Origin: a virus
Lineage: Duplodnaviria; Caudoviricetes
Length of the DNA: 55,952 nucleotides
Strand: one strand, 5' to 3'
Virus record (IMG/VR): IMGVR_UViG_3300032117_000033
Coordinates: 1 to 55,952 of that record
A model generated the notes under the pieces. It searched no databases. It saw only the letters and a program-made list of their open reading frames with translations, and was not told the DNA's origin. This document shows positions 25,273 through 34,219 of this stretch, in pieces. The position numbers were made by a program, and so were the translations under genes. Positions within the stretch are counted from its first letter, which is position 1; the number at the start of each line of letters is the position of its first letter.

Positions 25273-27966
25273 ATGGCCCGATCAACCAAGATGCCGCAGA
25301 TCCTCAAGTACAACTTGTCCATCAACCAGGCGGCGGATCCAGCCCGGATCGAGATGGAGATGATCCTGAGGGGCGGCCAGTGGAAGAAGCGGGACGGGAC
25401 CCTGGCCGGGGAGGGGATCAACTTCCACTTCAAAGAGCTGATGAAGCAACTTTGGCCTTGGATCGTTTGGCACCCGTGGGCAGACTTGCAGCTCGAATGT
25501 TACCTGAACTACCGGATCATCGGCCAGCTAGGGTGCGCTAGCTCGGGAAAAAGTTTTATTTCTGGGGCATGTGCCCTGGCGGATTATTACTGCTACCCGG
25601 ACTCGACCACGGTTCTGGTTTCGTCCACTACCAGGGAGAGCCTAGAAATGAGGGTATGGGGAGAAATCAAGAAATTGCACAAGTCCGCAAAGAAGCTTCA
25701 CGATTGGCTGCCAGGGTATTTGATCGAAGGAAAACAAAGAATCGTTACGGACGAACGCACACAGTCTGCGGAGGGTAGGGATTTCAGGAATGGAGTATTG
25801 GGGGTAGCTCTAAAACGCGGTCAGGCATTTCAAGGAATGGAGGAGCTGGTTGGGATTAAAAACAAAAGGCTTAGGTTCCTTGCTGATGAGTGTTTCTTAT
25901 CTGGCACTCTAGTGAACACCCCGACAGGACAGGTTCCAATAGAAAGGATAACCACAGGGGATCGAGTTTATTGCGCGTCAGGAATTGGGACCGTCTCGGC
26001 CACCTCTTGCCGTGTGGTTGAAAGCCTGGTAGAGATAATCACCAAGGATCTTCGGGTTTTTCGCTGCACCCCAAACCACCCATTCCTTACACAAAAAGGC
26101 TGGGAAAAGGCTTGCAATCTTAACCAATCGCATTATCTTCTAAGCCATGATGAAGCGATGCGAGTTCTGCGGCAGTCCGCTAAAACCAAAGCAGAGGCGC
26201 TTTTGCAGCCTATCCTGCAACGCGAAATGGATGCACTCCCAGCCACAGGAAGAAAGGCTGAGGAAATTATCGGCAGGTCTTTTAATGGCTCACAAGAGAA
26301 AGCCGGAGTGGGCGGCATCATTGTCCAAGAGCATGAAGTCGAACAATCCGATGAGAAGTGCGGAAATCAGAGCAAAGGTTTCAAATCGTCTGCGATTTAT
26401 TCACCACCATCCAAAGATTCGAGGCGGAAACGGAACCGGCCCAACCAGAGCCGAACAGTTCCTTCTCACGGCATTCCCAGAAGCCGTGTGGAATTATCCT
26501 ATTCCCACCGGCAAGCGGTCGGGGAGCGGATACCCGACCAACTACAAAGTGGATTTGGGATTCCCTGGTATAAATCTGGCCATCGAGGCGGACGGCCCAT
26601 GCCACACAAACTGGGACCAGCGCAAGGCCAAGGACATGAAGAAAGACTCACTTCTAAAGGAGCTTGGGTGGACTGTGTTAAGGATTACAAACCGCTTAAT
26701 CATGGAGCATCCGCTGGGGGTGCTATTGGATATACGGTCCACAATCTCCAAGTTGAAGGACATCCGAGCTACTGCGTCAATGGCATAACCGTACACAACT
26801 GCCAGTTCCTTCCTCGTTCATTTGTTGACGGTATAGCCAACATGAACAAGAACAAGGACTTCAAGTGCGTGGGGTCCGGAAATCCGAAAGATACGACAGA
26901 TGCCTTGGGAGTACTTTGTGAGCCAGCGGCCAATCGTGGAGGGTGGGATGGTGGTGTTGACCAGACGCCGAAAACCAAAACCTGGGAAATCCGATTTCCC
27001 CAAGGAATATGCATCCAGTTGCCGGGTAGTGATTCGCCCAATCTGGACGGACGACTCGGCATACCCCTCATTACCCAGGAGGCTATAGACGCCGACATCA
27101 AGTTCTACGGCAAGGACTCGATCCAGTATTCGATGATGGATGAGGGCCGCATGCCGCGCGGCCAGGGCGCCCGGAGGGTGATCACACGCCAGCTCTGCCT
27201 CAAGCACATGGCGATGGAGGAGCCGGTGTGGCTCAACTCCATCAAGACCAGGGTAGGGGCGCTCGACGCCGCTTACCGTGGGGTGGGCGGGGATCGGTGC
27301 GTGTTCATGGAGCTGGCCTACGGGCTCAACAGCGAAAGCAAGATGATCCTGGCCCTGATCGACACGATGGTGATCCCGATCAAGGACAGCCAGGTCGATC
27401 CGGCCGAGGACCAGATCGCCCTCCAGGTGAGGGACCAGTGCGAGCGGAGGGGGATCAGCCCGGAGTACTTCGGCTTTGACTCCACCGGCCGGGGAAGCCT
27501 CATGGCCGCCTTCGGCAGACTGTGGTCGCCCAACGTGATCCCGATCGAGTTTGGCGGGTCACCCTCCGAACGCGCGGTGGGCAATGGCCTGGATGTCACC
27601 TGCAAGGACTACTACTCTAAGCGGGTGTCCGAGCTGTGGTACACCGTCCGGCACATCATCGAGGGTGACCAGTTCCGGGGCATGACCGAGGACGTGATGA
27701 TGGAGGGGTGCATGCGGGAGTGGACCATCGTGGGTGCCAACAAGATCGAGATCGAAACCAAGGACAAGTGCAAGCTCAAGACCGGCCGGTCTCCCGACCT
27801 GTTCGACACCCTGGCCTCCGGGGTGGAAGTGGCCCGTCACCACGGGTTCAAGATCGATCGGATCATCAACCCGGCCTTCGCTGGAAACGACCAGCGGTGG
27901 AAGAAGGAACTACGGGAACGGGCCCGGGCTCTCTGGCAGAGCCACGAGCTGTCCTACCAAGCCTAA
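25273..27966 (+). CDS. terL: Terminase large subunit, intein-containing
   Basis: Walker A GCASSGKS; Walker B FLADE interrupted by the intein; nuclease motifs ALDAA..GGDRC, FDSTGRG and SPDLFD. Confidence 0.9.
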   Translation: MARSTKMPQILKYNLSINQAADPARIEMEMILRGGQWKKRDGTLAGEGINFHFKELMKQLWPWIVWHPWADLQLECYLNYRIIGQLGCASSGKSFISGACALADYYCYPDSTTVLVSSTTRESLEMRVWGEIKKLHKSAKKLHDWLPGYLIEGKQRIVTDERTQSAEGRDFRNGVLGVALKRGQAFQGMEELVGIKNKRLRFLADECFLSGTLVNTPTGQVPIERITTGDRVYCASGIGTVSATSCRVVESLVEIITKDLRVFRCTPNHPFLTQKGWEKACNLNQSHYLLSHDEAMRVLRQSAKTKAEALLQPILQREMDALPATGRKAEEIIGRSFNGSQEKAGVGGIIVQEHEVEQSDEKCGNQSKGFKSSAIYSPPSKDSRRKRNRPNQSRTVPSHGIPRSRVELSYSHRQAVGERIPDQLQSGFGIPWYKSGHRGGRPMPHKLGPAQGQGHEERLTSKGAWVDCVKDYKPLNHGASAGGAIGYTVHNLQVEGHPSYCVNGITVHNCQFLPRSFVDGIANMNKNKDFKCVGSGNPKDTTDALGVLCEPAANRGGWDGGVDQTPKTKTWEIRFPQGICIQLPGSDSPNLDGRLGIPLITQEAIDADIKFYGKDSIQYSMMDEGRMPRGQGARRVITRQLCLKHMAMEEPVWLNSIKTRVGALDAAYRGVGGDRCVFMELAYGLNSESKMILALIDTMVIPIKDSQVDPAEDQIALQVRDQCERRGISPEYFGFDSTGRGSLMAAFGRLWSPNVIPIEFGGSPSERAVGNGLDVTCKDYYSKRVSELWYTVRHIIEGDQFRGMTEDVMMEGCMREWTIVGANKIEIETKDKCKLKTGRSPDLFDTLASGVEVARHHGFKIDRIINPAFAGNDQRWKKELRERARALWQSHELSYQA
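26112..26146 (+). promoter_or_regulatory. Internal promoter-like element inside the intein
   Basis: TTGCAA (26112-17), 16 nt, TATCTT (26134-39), 7 nt, ATG 26147. Confidence 0.5.
26147..26788 (+). CDS. DUF559/Vsr-like endonuclease with N-terminal Zn finger, in the +1 frame inside the intein
   Basis: CEFC...FCSLSC, NUMOD-like NNPMRSAEIRAKVS, TRAEQFL, YKVDLGF..NLAIEADGPCH and KDSLLKELGWTVLRITN. Confidence 0.85.
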   Translation: MMKRCEFCGSPLKPKQRRFCSLSCNAKWMHSQPQEERLRKLSAGLLMAHKRKPEWAASLSKSMKSNNPMRSAEIRAKVSNRLRFIHHHPKIRGGNGTGPTRAEQFLLTAFPEAVWNYPIPTGKRSGSGYPTNYKVDLGFPGINLAIEADGPCHTNWDQRKAKDMKKDSLLKELGWTVLRITNRLIMEHPLGVLLDIRSTISKLKDIRATASMA

Positions 27967-28190
27967 GACACCAGCGCCAGCAAGGCCTGGCCCTGAGGCG
28001 AAGCTGGGTCAACACCGTTGCGCACCAGAGCGGCGGTCATGTCCTGCCTGCGGGTGGCTGTGCCTAGAGCTTTAAGCGCATCCCAAGCCGCCTGATCAGG
28101 CACGGCATTAGTTGACCATAGCTGCCAAATCTTCTCAGCGATGGGAAGGCCATACTGCACAATAATCGGAATCAATGCTGCCCAGGTCAT
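27963..28190 (-). CDS. Small hypothetical protein in the lysis-like cluster
   Basis: Coupled to the upstream lipoprotein-like gene. Confidence 0.65.
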   Translation of the reverse strand: MTWAALIPIIVQYGLPIAEKIWQLWSTNAVPDQAAWDALKALGTATRRQDMTAALVRNGVDPASPQGQALLALVS

Positions 28191-28540
28191 GGAGTTCCTT
28201 TCGTCTTGGCTACGTTAATATCGGCCAGGACCGTGGCTGAGGCGTTGGCTACAGCCGGGCTGGCAGGCGCCGTGACGCCCGATGCCGCTATGCTCACGGC
28301 TCCGTTCCACACGGCGATGAACGTGGAGTAGTCCCTGGACACAACTGGGACCATGTTGGTGGATAGCTTGCCTTGGACTACCAAATCCAGGTAGGCGTTG
28401 TAAGCCCCGCTCGTGGTCAGGTGGACGCTCGACAGGGTGTTGTAGGTCGTGGTCTGCTGGCTCGGCTTGCAGGTCATGCCCGGAAGCACAACCAGTGCGA
28501 GGCACAGGCCAAAGACCGCTGCGATGTTTCGTGTTCTCAT
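28187..28540 (-). CDS. Putative lipoprotein (spanin-like position)
   Basis: Basic N-terminus, hydrophobic stretch, then GMTC lipobox-like Cys. Confidence 0.55.
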   Translation of the reverse strand: MRTRNIAAVFGLCLALVVLPGMTCKPSQQTTTYNTLSSVHLTTSGAYNAYLDLVVQGKLSTNMVPVVSRDYSTFIAVWNGAVSIAASGVTAPASPAVANASATVLADINVAKTKGTP

Positions 28541-28543
28541 AAA

Positions 28544-28807
28544 TCAAGGCTTGGTTGGTTCAGTCGCGGTTGCCTGCTGCGCCCTTTGGACAGCGGCATC
28601 GGCGGCGGCGGTTTCGTTGTGGAACACATTGACCAACCCCACGATGGCAAGGCCAGCCGTGGTGATGGCTGCGATTTGGTCCGGTTTCAGGTAGATACCG
28701 GCTGAAGTCAGCAGGAGGATTATCCCCTTCCATGTTGACTGCTGCTGCAACTGGCCCAGAATCCAGGCCAGTGCGGCGTTTACTTCTACTGTTGTTTTAC
28801 TTGGCAT
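28544..28807 (-). CDS. Putative holin
   Basis: 87 aa with two hydrophobic segments; QSTWKGIILLLT motif typical of small holins. Confidence 0.6.
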   Translation of the reverse strand: MPSKTTVEVNAALAWILGQLQQQSTWKGIILLLTSAGIYLKPDQIAAITTAGLAIVGLVNVFHNETAAADAAVQRAQQATATEPTKP

Positions 28808-28810
28808 AAA

Positions 28811-29134
28811 TCACTTGTTCGAGAACAGCGCAATGGTCGCAATGATGGTGCTGATGATACCGACAATGGCCACCAGCGTCAGCACAGCCGCCACGCCCTT
28901 GCCCTGCATCTTCTCCACGGACTCAATCCGGTAGATAAGAGCTTCGTGCGCCTTCTGGTACTCGCCTCTGGTCATCACGTCGCCCCGTAGCTCGTTGAGC
29001 ATTTCCAGGCGCTTTTCGAGGGCTTGAGCGGTCAGGTTGAGGATCTTCTCCCGTTCACGCGACTCGGCTTCGATGGTTGATACCCTATGTTCCAAGCAAA
29101 CGTCTCCGTTATACAGTTTTTGTTCCTGATTCAT
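28811..29134 (-). CDS. Coiled-coil protein with C-terminal TM helix (MNQEQKLYNGD...)
   Basis: Likely ATG at 29134; C-terminal hydrophobic helix. Confidence 0.65.
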   Translation of the reverse strand: MNQEQKLYNGDVCLEHRVSTIEAESREREKILNLTAQALEKRLEMLNELRGDVMTRGEYQKAHEALIYRIESVEKMQGKGVAAVLTLVAIVGIISTIIATIALFSNK

Positions 29135-29142
29135 GGCACCGT

Positions 29143-32100
29143 TTATTGGCTTAATATAGCACGACCTAGCTTGGCCTGCCCAAGGTGAATCATGTAAATA
29201 TTGGTGGAAGGGGTAGGAGGAGTTGGGGTGTTGGTTCGGGCAAATGTCACGATGACCGAAAGGGTTGAACCGTAGGTGTTGATAGCCGTCGCTTGGACGT
29301 TGTTTGTGCCCACCGGATATCCAGTCCCCGTCACCCAGCTTGAGCCGGTGGCCACGTTGGTCCCGTCCATCGTCCATTGGTAGGAGGTTGCCCCGGTTGC
29401 CGACACGGTGAACGTAGCCGAGTTGCCAACCGTTACGCTCTTGCTCACGGGCTGGGTCACTATGACAGGCAGGGCCCCGTTGGTCACGTAGAGGTTGGCG
29501 TTGGTGGAAACCACCCCGCCGTAGGCGCTGCCGATGTTGACGTAGACCACCGTCCCGTTCTCGTTCGTGGTCGACGGTGTGACGCTCACGCTGCTACCGC
29601 TGCCGACGTTGGTCCCGTGCCAGCGCCAGTCGTAGGTCAAAGAGGTTCCCACCGCCGTGACGCTAAACGTCGCCGGTGTCCCCACCCGCACCGTCTGGTC
29701 CTTCGGCTGAGAGGTAATAACCGGAGCTGAGTTAGTTGCGGTCACACTGATGTCGTCAAAGCCAAAAGCAGTGGGATCGTCCCGGAAACCGAATTGCAGC
29801 ACAGTACTGCTGCCGGTTGCCTGCACCGTAAATTGCAGGTTAGTCCAGCCGATGTTTGGAATGTTGGCTTGGTCGAAGATGACGCTGCCGTTCCAGCTTA
29901 CCTGGAACTCGTTGGGCGTGAGTCCGTCTGGGCTGTTCAGCCACAGCGACAGCAGGTAGGTCTGTCCGTTGGTCGTTGCCAGAGTCTGCGATAGGTAGCC
30001 GAGGGACGTTACAGCTCCCAGGTTTGCTCCGTACGTTCCTGAATGAACATCCTTTGCGGCACTGGACACATTATTGTCAGAGGAGCTACCCACAAACGTC
30101 CAGCCCGTGAAGTCTCCTGTCTCAAATCCGCCGTTTACCACTAGGCTGCCGTTCGTGTTGACTACGACATTGGTGATGAGCACGTTGACTGCCGTGGAGG
30201 TGATCGCCCCGTACAGGTTAGTGATAACGCACGAGTAGCTGCCGCTCTGGTTGGTCGTAGCTGGCATGGAGCCGTAAGAAGAAGACGTGGCACCAGCCAC
30301 TGGCGAGTTATTCGTAGCCCACTGGTAGGACAACGGGGCAGTGCCGCTCGCGGTCACGCTCACCGTAAAGCCTCCGCTGGTCGAATTGGTTACGCCTGCC
30401 GACTGGCTGGCGATGCTGGGCGCGTAGGTGTTCGTCTTGCTGGTAAACCAGTAATCCGCCCCGCTCGTCCCCGACGGGTCGAGCGTGCGGGAGTCTGCCG
30501 CCAACGTGGCGCTGTATGGCGCGAAGCCAACATCGCTCACGCTGCTCTGCCCGCTGCCGAAGAAGTTCACCGGGCCACACACATTTGCCAACGCTATTCC
30601 TCTCGCCGCACTGCCACTGGTCAGCCAGTAAAGGCCCGTGGATGGACTCACAAATGCCGGTGTCCCGACGTAGTTGTGCCCGGCTAAAACCGTTCCGCCG
30701 TAGATGCCGTTCCCGGATGTGGCCCCGATGATGTTGTTGGTGAGATACCAGGTGCCATTCGCGCTGACGTTGATGGCGTAGGCGTTGGTGCTCAGGATAG
30801 TATTGCCAAAGACGTAATTCTTCGTCCCATCGGCCTGCGAATAGAGATACATCTGGTCCCCGCTGGCGAACACCGCGCCCCAGCCGTTGCTGTAAACGAG
30901 GTTGTTGTAAATCTGGGCATTGTCCGTTCCGCCCGTGCCGTAAACCTGTATACCTGACGCGCAGTTGTGCCGCGAGACGTTGTTGCGAATCACGTTGTTG
31001 GTGCCGCAACCATAAATGCCGTGATCGTAACTCGCATCCACTCCGTTCCACTCGATCAGGTTATTCTGGATCAGCGTGCCATTCTGTGGGCCGTAGAGGA
31101 AAATTCCGTGCCCGAACTGGTGTCCCGCCGCAGCCACGCCGCTGTGATCTATCCAGCAGTTCTGCACCGTGCAGTTCGGGCCGCATAACTCGATGCCCGC
31201 ACCGCCAGCGTGGGTGATGTGCAGGCCGTCAATCGTGACGCTGGACACGGTGGATGCTGGCCAGGTGTAGAGTGCCACAGAATAGTCCGTCAAGCTAGTA
31301 TTAGTGATGACTGCCTTCCACTTGTTCAATGCCTTCACCGTCATGTAACTGGCAGGAATGGCCAACCCTCCGCTCTGAGGATAAACTCCATCGAGCAGTG
31401 TGACCGTGTTCGATACTCCCGCGCTCGCCAAGGCTGTAGGCAGGCTCCACGGTGAGGCGAGCGAACCATTCCCGGTGCCGGTTGGTGAGGCGTAGTAAGT
31501 GGTTGTACTGGGCGCGTTGGTCGTATAGGCATAGGCTCCAATGTCCCAAGCGCCGCTTGCAGCACGGGTGTTGCCAGCGTAATCGGTGGTGAAGTAGTTG
31601 GAAAGATTCACCCCTTGACCTATCAACGGATTGCTCGGCGGGGCCAGTCTCATGTTGTTATTCGTCCCGCCGTAGGTGCTGTATCCAACGAAGTCAGGCG
31701 ATGATGCCCCACTCACATTATCTGCCACTGTGATTGAACCTGTGTCATTTGCCCCTATGGAACCGCCGATTCCACCCGCGCAGTTTATCGAGACGTTGTT
31801 GTCCACATAGCAGGAAGTCCAAGTGCTTGGATGCACAGTCGAATTGTAAAGCTGAATGGCGAACACGGCTGGACTGGGAAGGTCCATGATCGTGTTGTTG
31901 GCGATCACCACGTCATTCCATACGGTAGGGTTGGCCAATGCCCCACCATCAGTCCCAAATTCAATGCCGCGAGTGTAGCCGGTGGGTACTGTATCCCAGC
32001 CGATGATGTTGTTGTAGCAACGAACGTGGCTGAAGCCCCCATTGTAACCATCGGCAAACAAGCCCGAGTTGCCCATGTCTATTATGGTGTTGTCGTAAAT

Positions 32101-32892
32101 CTTGATGTAGCTGCTGCCTCCAGTGTCTTGCCATCCGTCCTGGTGATTGACGCCTCCGGGCAGGGTGTAGCCAACGATGGTGTTTGAATAGATGCTGTAT
32201 CCAACGCCTACCACTTGAAAGCAGTCGGCCCCGATAGCCGGGTCTGAAGTGTGCGGCACCCAGATCGTGTTGTTATGGAATAGGCAGTTGTCCCAAGTTG
32301 ATCCGCCGCAGGAGACGTAACAGAACGAGTCAGCACTGGCCGATGTGCATTTCACAAAGCAGCTATCCAACTCGAAATTAACCGCTGAGGGGTAGATATA
32401 CATATCCCCGGCACTGCTCCCACCGGAACCACCGTTGGGTTGGTAAATGTAGCCGAGGTAAACCGTGTTCACCGTTGACCCCAGGTAAAGACAGGTATAG
32501 CCAGTAACCTCGAAGTGTTGTTTGCCGTCTCCCGCGTTGCCAGAAATGCGAACATACTGAGCGCCATTAAGCCAAATGCCTCCTGCCGTCCCATTGAATA
32601 TCGCCATGCCATTGTGCGACGAGTCCTGGCCAATCTGGTAGGTCGTGATGTTCCCCGCTGAACCCCCGCTGATGCCCCAACTCCCGGAGATGTTGTAAGT
32701 GATGCCCGCACCGCCGCTGGTTCCGCCGTCAATGTAAACCGTGCTGCCTGCCGCCACGCCGCTGGCCGACGAAAGCGAAGTCCACGCATTGGCCCAGCTA
32801 TTACCGGATGAGTTGTTCCCGTTCGGGCTGACGTAGTAGGTCGCAGCCCCCGCCGTCAGGGCTGAGAGGAGTAGGGCAAGGAAGATTCTCAT
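29143..32892 (-). CDS. Large signal-peptide protein: two right-handed beta-helix domains, a CBM-like domain and Ig-like repeats
   Basis: MRIFLALLLSALTAGA signal; TYYVSPNG and TYYASPTG starts; WDIGAY; LVVNGGFETGDFTGW; PVITSQP...YQW Ig motifs. Confidence 0.8.
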   Translation of the reverse strand: MRIFLALLLSALTAGAATYYVSPNGNNSSGNSWANAWTSLSSASGVAAGSTVYIDGGTSGGAGITYNISGSWGISGGSAGNITTYQIGQDSSHNGMAIFNGTAGGIWLNGAQYVRISGNAGDGKQHFEVTGYTCLYLGSTVNTVYLGYIYQPNGGSGGSSAGDMYIYPSAVNFELDSCFVKCTSASADSFCYVSCGGSTWDNCLFHNNTIWVPHTSDPAIGADCFQVVGVGYSIYSNTIVGYTLPGGVNHQDGWQDTGGSSYIKIYDNTIIDMGNSGLFADGYNGGFSHVRCYNNIIGWDTVPTGYTRGIEFGTDGGALANPTVWNDVVIANNTIMDLPSPAVFAIQLYNSTVHPSTWTSCYVDNNVSINCAGGIGGSIGANDTGSITVADNVSGASSPDFVGYSTYGGTNNNMRLAPPSNPLIGQGVNLSNYFTTDYAGNTRAASGAWDIGAYAYTTNAPSTTTYYASPTGTGNGSLASPWSLPTALASAGVSNTVTLLDGVYPQSGGLAIPASYMTVKALNKWKAVITNTSLTDYSVALYTWPASTVSSVTIDGLHITHAGGAGIELCGPNCTVQNCWIDHSGVAAAGHQFGHGIFLYGPQNGTLIQNNLIEWNGVDASYDHGIYGCGTNNVIRNNVSRHNCASGIQVYGTGGTDNAQIYNNLVYSNGWGAVFASGDQMYLYSQADGTKNYVFGNTILSTNAYAINVSANGTWYLTNNIIGATSGNGIYGGTVLAGHNYVGTPAFVSPSTGLYWLTSGSAARGIALANVCGPVNFFGSGQSSVSDVGFAPYSATLAADSRTLDPSGTSGADYWFTSKTNTYAPSIASQSAGVTNSTSGGFTVSVTASGTAPLSYQWATNNSPVAGATSSSYGSMPATTNQSGSYSCVITNLYGAITSTAVNVLITNVVVNTNGSLVVNGGFETGDFTGWTFVGSSSDNNVSSAAKDVHSGTYGANLGAVTSLGYLSQTLATTNGQTYLLSLWLNSPDGLTPNEFQVSWNGSVIFDQANIPNIGWTNLQFTVQATGSSTVLQFGFRDDPTAFGFDDISVTATNSAPVITSQPKDQTVRVGTPATFSVTAVGTSLTYDWRWHGTNVGSGSSVSVTPSTTNENGTVVYVNIGSAYGGVVSTNANLYVTNGALPVIVTQPVSKSVTVGNSATFTVSATGATSYQWTMDGTNVATGSSWVTGTGYPVGTNNVQATAINTYGSTLSVIVTFARTNTPTPPTPSTNIYMIHLGQAKLGRAILSQ

Positions 32893-33060
32893 TTAATCTC
32901 TCCACTCAAACGTGCCGTCCTCTTTTTGCACCACTCGCAAGTCGTACTGTATTACCAAGTCTGGATCAGTTGTTTTATTTCCATCCAAGAGGACGCGCTC
33001 GCTTTGCATTTCAATCGCCTCTGTCAGAATTATGTCCAGCATGTCTTTTTGGCTTATCAT
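32893..33060 (-). CDS. Small acidic hypothetical protein (MISQKDMLDIILTE...)
   Basis: ATG at 33060 coupled to the upstream 19-aa ORF. Confidence 0.5.
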   Translation of the reverse strand: MISQKDMLDIILTEAIEMQSERVLLDGNKTTDPDLVIQYDLRVVQKEDGTFEWRD

Positions 33061-33116
33061 AACAAATCCCCCGCCGTCAGGCACAGGCACAGCAGGATTG
33101 AGAGCAGGGGTTTCAT
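33057..33116 (-). pseudogene. Orphan signal-peptide ORF (MKPLLSILLCLCLTAGDLL*)
   Basis: ATGA-coupled at both ends; shares the 14-bp CCCCCGCCGTCAGG with the signal-peptide region of the downstream gene. Confidence 0.5.
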
Positions 33117-34219
33117 GGAGAAATTGCGTATTTATTGGTCAAATAATTGTATAGATTAGTTCTAGCTGACGCTGATGAGAATACGCCCGCGCTTCCAACT
33201 CCCCCTAGTATATTGGAATAAGTAACAATTTCGGCAACATCAAATAAACAGCTCTGACTCAGATCGTATCTATTTCCAAAAGTGAATCCAGCGTCAGCCT
33301 GCGTGCCGATACTATTCGTTCCACTTGCTGAAACATTATTGCTCAGAATCCCAGAGCTTGCACCTGAAAACACCAAGTCCAGCACGAACCATTTTCCGGG
33401 CAGGGTATAGTAACCCGACGCTGATCCAGCATAGTGCCTATAAGCACCACTGACCGCCGAGCTGGTTTCAAAACCATTCCGATAAGAGGTGTTAGTCGAA
33501 TCGATGATCCAAGTATAAGCAGGTTCCGTTGCAACGGGTATAGAAATGACAGCCATGACTTCCTGGGGCTGGTTGGCAAAATACGCTGTATTCACCAAAG
33601 CTGAATTGGTGGTCGTCGAGAAATGAACGATGGCATGTCCGTTAAGCCAGTTATTGCTAACCATAGGAACTCCGGCGCTTCCGATCTTTCTAAGGTTAAA
33701 GCCACCCAGCCCAGAGTCAGGCCAATTAGTGATGTAGCCGGTAGCATTTGTGCCGGTGATGTTGTCTGCCACCCACCATGCTATGTTGGTTGCCCCCGAT
33801 AGGTTGGTTGGCGTAATGCTTAATGTCCAAAACGTACTATCTGTATTGGTAGAGTTCAGACCATTCGAGGCGTTACCGGAACGGCACCGGAAGTGATAGG
33901 TTGTCGCCTCGGACAACCCGGTAACATAATTAGATGGCGTTGTGGTATTGACATTACTCAGCACCGTTGATCCATAAGCGGTTGTCAGACCGTAATCGAC
34001 ACAGTTATTGGTGGTGGACGGCGAGGTAGTCCAAGATACTCCGGCGCTGGTTGAGCTTAAAGCCAGCACTTGCACCGATGTGATGGTCGGGCCGGAGCCT
34101 GCTGGCGGCACGCTGGTGAACATCGTACCATTAGTTATCACCTGCCCGGTATATTCTAGGTTGGTTTGAGAATATCCTAAGCCGCAAAGGCAGAACAAAA
34201 TGACGAAAATGAAGATCAT
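33113..34219 (-). CDS. Signal-peptide protein with FN3-like and LamG/concanavalin-like domains
   Basis: Hydrophobic N-terminus; VSWTT...VDYGLTTAYG...GLSEATTYHFR (FN3); WWVAD...WPDSG...FDVAEIVTY. Confidence 0.75.
   Translation of the reverse strand: MIFIFVILFCLCGLGYSQTNLEYTGQVITNGTMFTSVPPAGSGPTITSVQVLALSSTSAGVSWTTSPSTTNNCVDYGLTTAYGSTVLSNVNTTTPSNYVTGLSEATTYHFRCRSGNASNGLNSTNTDSTFWTLSITPTNLSGATNIAWWVADNITGTNATGYITNWPDSGLGGFNLRKIGSAGVPMVSNNWLNGHAIVHFSTTTNSALVNTAYFANQPQEVMAVISIPVATEPAYTWIIDSTNTSYRNGFETSSAVSGAYRHYAGSASGYYTLPGKWFVLDLVFSGASSGILSNNVSASGTNSIGTQADAGFTFGNRYDLSQSCLFDVAEIVTYSNILGGVGSAGVFSSASARTNLYNYLTNKYAISP

Larger units (their letters stand above)
25891..26799 (+). mobile_element. Intein (303 aa) inserted just after the TerL Walker B Glu (ADE|C...HN|CQF)
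   Basis: N-terminal CFLSGTLVNTPTG, block B CTPNHPFLT, C-terminal VHNLQVEGHPSYCVNGITVHN, and +1 Cys. Confidence 0.92.
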
